Origin: an uncultured archaeon
Lineage (GTDB): Archaea; Iainarchaeota; Iainarchaeia; Iainarchaeales; CSSED10-239
Reading direction: 5' to 3'
Length of the DNA: 19,201 nt
NCBI GenBank assembly: GCA_964496765.1
Contig: CAZCAP010000014.1
Coordinates: 1-19,201, forward strand
Below, piece after piece: positions 16,108-19,201 of this stretch; positions within the stretch are counted from its first letter, which is position 1; each line of letters starts with the position of its first letter. The notes beneath the pieces were generated by a model, which saw only the letters and a program-made list of their open reading frames with translations, searched no databases and was not told the DNA's origin. The translations under genes were made by a program, and so were the position numbers.

Positions 16108-16136
16108 AGAGAAAAACTAAGTTTTTCTCTTTTTTC
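16108..16136 (+). terminator. Hairpin + T-tract terminator downstream of RuBisCO
   Basis: Perfect 10-bp stem AGAGAAAAAC-(TAA)-GTTTTTCTCT followed by TTTTTTCT. Overlaps the stop codon of the convergent ORF at 16117. Confidence 0.65.
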
Positions 16137-16965
16137 TATTTTTTAATAAATTTATTTTACTCTCTTCTATTATTAATATATAGATTATCATTTCTTGAAC
16201 TAATCCAATAAACATTAATAATAGAACAAAAGGAGAACTATAATCACCTATTATGATGCAAGCAATTATTCCAAACAAGAAGAATGGTAGTCTAAACAAC
16301 CAAATTTCAAGTAGTTCTTTTAAATTTAATTTATTCTTTTCTCTTATTCTATTTTTTATAAATAAAACAATTGCAAATAATACAAATAAGAGATAAAGTA
16401 TTGCAAGTACAATGTAGGGATTTATATTTTTAATTATTGGAATAAAAGATAATCCTATATGTATTATTCCAATCAATAGATATAAGGGTAATGCAATAAT
16501 TAGAGAATTGATTGGTTTTTTTTCATAGAAATAAATAAATAAGAATGAAACCAATAACCAACCAATAAAATTAAATGGATTAATATTTGCAAAAAGAATA
16601 TTTGAAAAATTGGTCCATTTCCAAAGCCCGAGAGCAACTGATGGAGCTTCAAAAATAAAATCCACAGAAATAACAGACAATGCACAGATTAGTGCTTTAG
16701 TAAATCTATGTTTTGTTATTTTGGAAACCAATGTATAGGATGTAACAATAATAATACTCCATGAAAGAATAATAAATAAAGGAACATTAAATATAGAATA
16801 TAGAAAATTTTGATTATAGCTATATCCTCTAGATATTACTCCCAATAATTCAAAGATTGCAGAAAATATTAATGAATAGGCAAGCATCTTTCTTTTATCT
16901 TTGAAAAAGATAAAGAACAAAACAAATAGTATAATTATTGCGATCTCAATTAATGTATATATCAT
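16117..16965 (-). CDS. Polytopic membrane protein, possibly carotenoid-biosynthesis (CruF/DUF422)-like
   Basis: About 8 hydrophobic segments. Motif DFIFEAPSVALGLWKWTNF...NPFNFIGWLLVSFLFIYF resembles the CruF/lycopene-cyclase-like pattern (acidic-P..GLW.W ... NF.GW). Family call is tentative. Confidence 0.5.
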   Translation of the reverse strand: MIYTLIEIAIIILFVLFFIFFKDKRKMLAYSLIFSAIFELLGVISRGYSYNQNFLYSIFNVPLFIILSWSIIIVTSYTLVSKITKHRFTKALICALSVISVDFIFEAPSVALGLWKWTNFSNILFANINPFNFIGWLLVSFLFIYFYEKKPINSLIIALPLYLLIGIIHIGLSFIPIIKNINPYIVLAILYLLFVLFAIVLFIKNRIREKNKLNLKELLEIWLFRLPFFLFGIIACIIIGDYSSPFVLLLMFIGLVQEMIIYILIIEESKINLLKNRKKRKT

Positions 16966-16999
16966 ACAAATAAACGAGTGGATAAATATTTAAAGTATT

Positions 17000-17167
17000 T
17001 TATTTAAGGTCAGTAATCATCTTATGCTTTTGTATCCACCTGACAATCCATTTTTTGATAAAACTGCTTTTATGAACTTGAATATCAAAATACCTTGTTC
17101 CATTTATTTTAATACCTGCAAGATCAAGAATATTTTGAACAGTAGGCCTATAATATTCTTCTCCCAT
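17000..17167 (-). pseudogene. Short ORF resembling only the N-terminus of cyclopropane-fatty-acyl-phospholipid synthase (Cfa), probable remnant
   Basis: Minus-strand translation (ATG 17167, TAA 17000): MGEEYYRPTVQNILDLAGIKINGTRYFDIQVHKSSFIKKWIVRWIQKHKMITDLK. Resembles the Cfa N-terminus (...LLSRAGIAINGSAPADIRVKNPDFFKRVL...), but no methyltransferase domain follows. Confidence 0.45.
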
Positions 17168-17208
17168 AAAAAGAATAATAATTAAAAGTGTTTAAAAATA
17201 TTAGTAAT

Positions 17209-17685
17209 CTAAATACGTTTATCTAATAACCCTTTTTTAATCATATCATCTAAAATTATAACATTTGGAGCAAGTTTATATTTTGAAAATGCAGATAACT
17301 GAATGTATTTCCAATCAGAAAATCCTTTTTCAAGCTTTGGAACTTTATTAGAGAATGCAACAAAATTGTATGATCTTCTTTTCTTCCCCTCTGAACTTAT
17401 AAAATCAATAAAAAAAGGTTTCAGATTAGATAATTTATTTTTACAATTAATGTTTGTCTCTTCTTTAGTTTCTCTAATTGCTGCATTTTTTAATGTATCA
17501 AATTTTGAATGGTTTAGTTTATCCCTAAGGTCAACCTTACCTCCTGGGAGTTCCCAATGTTTATGATCTTTTCTTTTTAATAATAGGATAGATGATTTTT
17601 CATTTTGTTTATTAATAATTATAATTCCTGAATTTACAACTCTTTTATTCTCAACGAATTTACATTTAACAGTATTATATTTCAT
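17209..17685 (-). CDS. NUDIX hydrolase
   Basis: HWELPGGKVDLRDKLNHSKFDTLKNAAIRETKEETNINC, a Nudix box with extra residues between GGK and REtkEE. Confidence 0.85.
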   Translation of the reverse strand: MKYNTVKCKFVENKRVVNSGIIIINKQNEKSSILLLKRKDHKHWELPGGKVDLRDKLNHSKFDTLKNAAIRETKEETNINCKNKLSNLKPFFIDFISSEGKKRRSYNFVAFSNKVPKLEKGFSDWKYIQLSAFSKYKLAPNVIILDDMIKKGLLDKRI

Positions 17686-17816
17686 AATTATAGCTTAGAA
17701 GAAAATATTTATATAACCTATTAAAAATAAATTAAGAATCCAACTAAAAAGAGGCTTAAACCAAAGAATTAAAATTACAAGATTTATAGTTATTACAATC
17801 TAATCTTTTTGATAAG

Positions 17817-18023
17817 CTACTTTTTCTTTTGATTATTCTTCTTTAATAAAATAAGATTTAGAATTAAACCAAAAACTGCAACTCCAGTTATTATATAGTT
17901 ATAATTTAAAACTTTATTTTGGACAACATGATTAATATTTAAAATCAGATTTATCAAACTGTAAACAGCAGCACCCGTCCAAAAACCAATACCAAATCTA
18001 AATGTATTCTTTGTTCTATTCAT
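17817..18023 (-). CDS. Small two-TM membrane protein
   Basis: 68 aa with two hydrophobic segments (FWTGAAVYSLINLILNI and YIITGVAVFGLILNLILL) and a Lys-rich tail. Confidence 0.5.
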   Translation of the reverse strand: MNRTKNTFRFGIGFWTGAAVYSLINLILNINHVVQNKVLNYNYIITGVAVFGLILNLILLKKNNQKKK

Positions 18024-18043
18024 TTAATTACCTCTAAATCTCT

Positions 18044-18090
18044 TGAAAAGCTCCAGAGGAGCTTCTACCCTAAAGTGAAAAAGCTCCAGA
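18044..18090 (+). repeat. Short direct repeats matching the tRNA-Thr 3' end, plus a local hairpin
   Basis: TGAAAAGCTCCAGA at 18044-18057 and TGAAAAAGCTCCAGA at 18076-18090. AGCTCCAGAGG at 18049-18059 is identical to 19147-19157 inside the tRNA-Thr gene. Inverted repeat AAGCTCC-AGA-GGAGCTT at 18048-18064. Confidence 0.6.
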
Positions 18091-18098
18091 TTATTGAC

Positions 18099-19049
18099 TT
18101 ATTTGTTCATAGATTTCAAAAATTCTTGGATATCTTTAAGATATTGCTTGTATGCAAACTCCATTAAATAAGTTGGATCATCTTTTTCTACAGAATTAAC
18201 TAATGCATCAAAATATTGGTTTTTCTTGTCTGATATGTTAATTAATGGAAAACCGTTATCCAATAATGCCTTATTGAATAATAATCTACACACCCTTTTA
18301 TTTCCATCTAAAAATGGATGTATCTTATAGACTTCAAAATGAATAATTACTGCTTTTTCTAAAGGATTTATTCCAGTGTAATTATACCAATCTATTACTT
18401 TTTTTAATTTATCTACAATCAACCCATATCCTGGTGGTCTATACTTTATTTCAGAGTTTAAGATATCTTTTGTGTGTTTTAAATAAATATAAACTGGCCT
18501 ATCTCTGAAAAGTCCAGGTGTTTTTGTTTCAAAATCAGCCATTGCGGTTCTGTGAATGTTTCTAATATAATCTAAATTTAATCCTTGCTTGTTTTTTATA
18601 TATTCTAAAGCAGAAAGCATATTTTTACATATCTGCTCTCTTAAGTTCAAATCTTTTTCTTTTTTATTTACTGCCCCTAAGACATCTTTCATATCTACAT
18701 CTACTTCTTCTGTAGTAAGTGTTGTCAAAGTGAATAAAACCGTTTTATCAATATCATATTTGTTTCTTTTTGTTGGAGATAAAGAATTATATTTTTTAAA
18801 ATAGATTTCATTAAATAAAATAATTTGGATTAATTGTTTTTTTGTTAAATACTTGGTTTCAAATTTATTTGATAAATACTTCCTTATAATTTCATCACAA
18901 AAACTATCTTCAATAATATTTAATTCTGCAAGAGTTGGTTTCTTAGAACCAATATATTTACGAAAATTCTTGGTTTTATCTAAAATACGAAAGCTTAAGC
19001 TAAAATAATAATATTCTTTATCTTTAACTCTTTTCTTAATTATAGGCAT
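18099..19049 (-). CDS. Fic/DOC family protein (putative AMPylase/nucleotidyltransferase)
   Basis: Fic motif HPFLDGNKRVCRLLFN. Upstream LTTEEVDVDMKDVLGAV aligns with the usual inhibitory-helix region (S/T..xxE). The track starts at TTG 19067, but the in-frame ATG at 19049 (MPIIKKRVKDKEYYYF) is preferred because the TTG sits inside the repeat region. Confidence 0.85.
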   Translation of the reverse strand: MPIIKKRVKDKEYYYFSLSFRILDKTKNFRKYIGSKKPTLAELNIIEDSFCDEIIRKYLSNKFETKYLTKKQLIQIILFNEIYFKKYNSLSPTKRNKYDIDKTVLFTLTTLTTEEVDVDMKDVLGAVNKKEKDLNLREQICKNMLSALEYIKNKQGLNLDYIRNIHRTAMADFETKTPGLFRDRPVYIYLKHTKDILNSEIKYRPPGYGLIVDKLKKVIDWYNYTGINPLEKAVIIHFEVYKIHPFLDGNKRVCRLLFNKALLDNGFPLINISDKKNQYFDALVNSVEKDDPTYLMEFAYKQYLKDIQEFLKSMNK

Positions 19050-19055
19050 ACATAT

Positions 19056-19133
19056 TTGGGGTAACAAACAGTTTATAAAATGTTACCCCAACTGTTGGGG
19101 TAACAAAATTAGTTTGAAGTGTAACCCCAACTT
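19056..19133. repeat. Two tandem ~39-bp units, each an inverted repeat of TTGGGGTAACA / TGTTACCCCAA
   Basis: Arms at 19056-19066 and 19081-19091 (perfect 11 bp) and at 19095-19105 and 19120-19130 (one mismatch). The junction also forms a perfect 11-bp palindrome GTTACCCCAAC-T-GTTGGGGTAAC at 19082-19104. Confidence 0.85.
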
Positions 19134-19146
19134 TTAGTTTAAAATC

Positions 19147-19201
19147 AGCTCCAGAGGGGATTTGAACCCCCGACCTCGTCCTTACCAAGGACGCGCTCTA
19201 C
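19147..19201 (-). tRNA. tRNA-Thr(GGU), partial (5' part lies off the right edge)
   Basis: Minus strand: CGTCC-TTGGTAA-GGACG anticodon arm (anticodon GGU), T-arm GGGGG-TTCAAAT-CCCCT, acceptor 3' strand CTGGAGC with discriminator T and no encoded CCA. Confidence 0.88.

Noticed and set aside
16500-16685. Plus-strand ORF opposite the membrane protein
   Set aside because: Antisense shadow of a hydrophobic protein gene.
17303-18804. Plus-strand ORFs 17303..17566 and 18589..18804
   Set aside because: Antisense to the NUDIX and Fic genes.
19050-19067. TTG start of the Fic ORF at 19067
   Set aside because: It falls within the inverted-repeat array, and the ATG at 19049 gives a natural N-terminus.
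19056-19133. CRISPR array interpretation of the tandem repeat upstream of fic
   Set aside because: Only two units, no uniform spacers, palindromic arms dominate, and no cas genes in the window.

Overview
AT-rich (estimated by eye, not computed) archaeal chromosomal window, most likely from a DPANN-type or related genome. It is bounded by two partial minus-strand tRNA genes: tRNA-Arg(CCU) at the left edge and tRNA-Thr(GGU) at the right edge. Recognisable genes are a PPOX/FMN-binding protein, an adenylate kinase followed closely by a long coiled-coil protein, two adjacent secreted and membrane-anchored surface proteins, and a tight cluster of smc, an orphan GHKL ATPase and a stand-alone archaeal ThrRS editing-domain protein. 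Further right are an orphan protein, serS, a SlyD-like FKBP with a His/Cys/acid-rich tail, an alpha/beta hydrolase, a GNAT, a form II/III RuBisCO large subunit, a polytopic membrane protein, a short Cfa-like N-terminal fragment, a NUDIX hydrolase and a two-TM protein. A Fic protein lies next to the tRNA-Thr. The strongest items for a second look are: (1) two ~39-bp tandem units, each an inverted repeat of TTGGGGTAACA/TGTTACCCCAA, between fic and tRNA-Thr; (2) 10-11 nt copies of the tRNA-Thr 3' end on the far side of fic, suggestive of att-like scars; (3) the smc/GHKL/ThrRS-editing cluster with an atypical SMC hinge; (4) the form II/III RuBisCO. I see no CRISPR array, transposase or rRNA. No complete new system is proven, but the fic/repeat/tRNA module and the smc-GHKL-editing-domain module are the best candidates.
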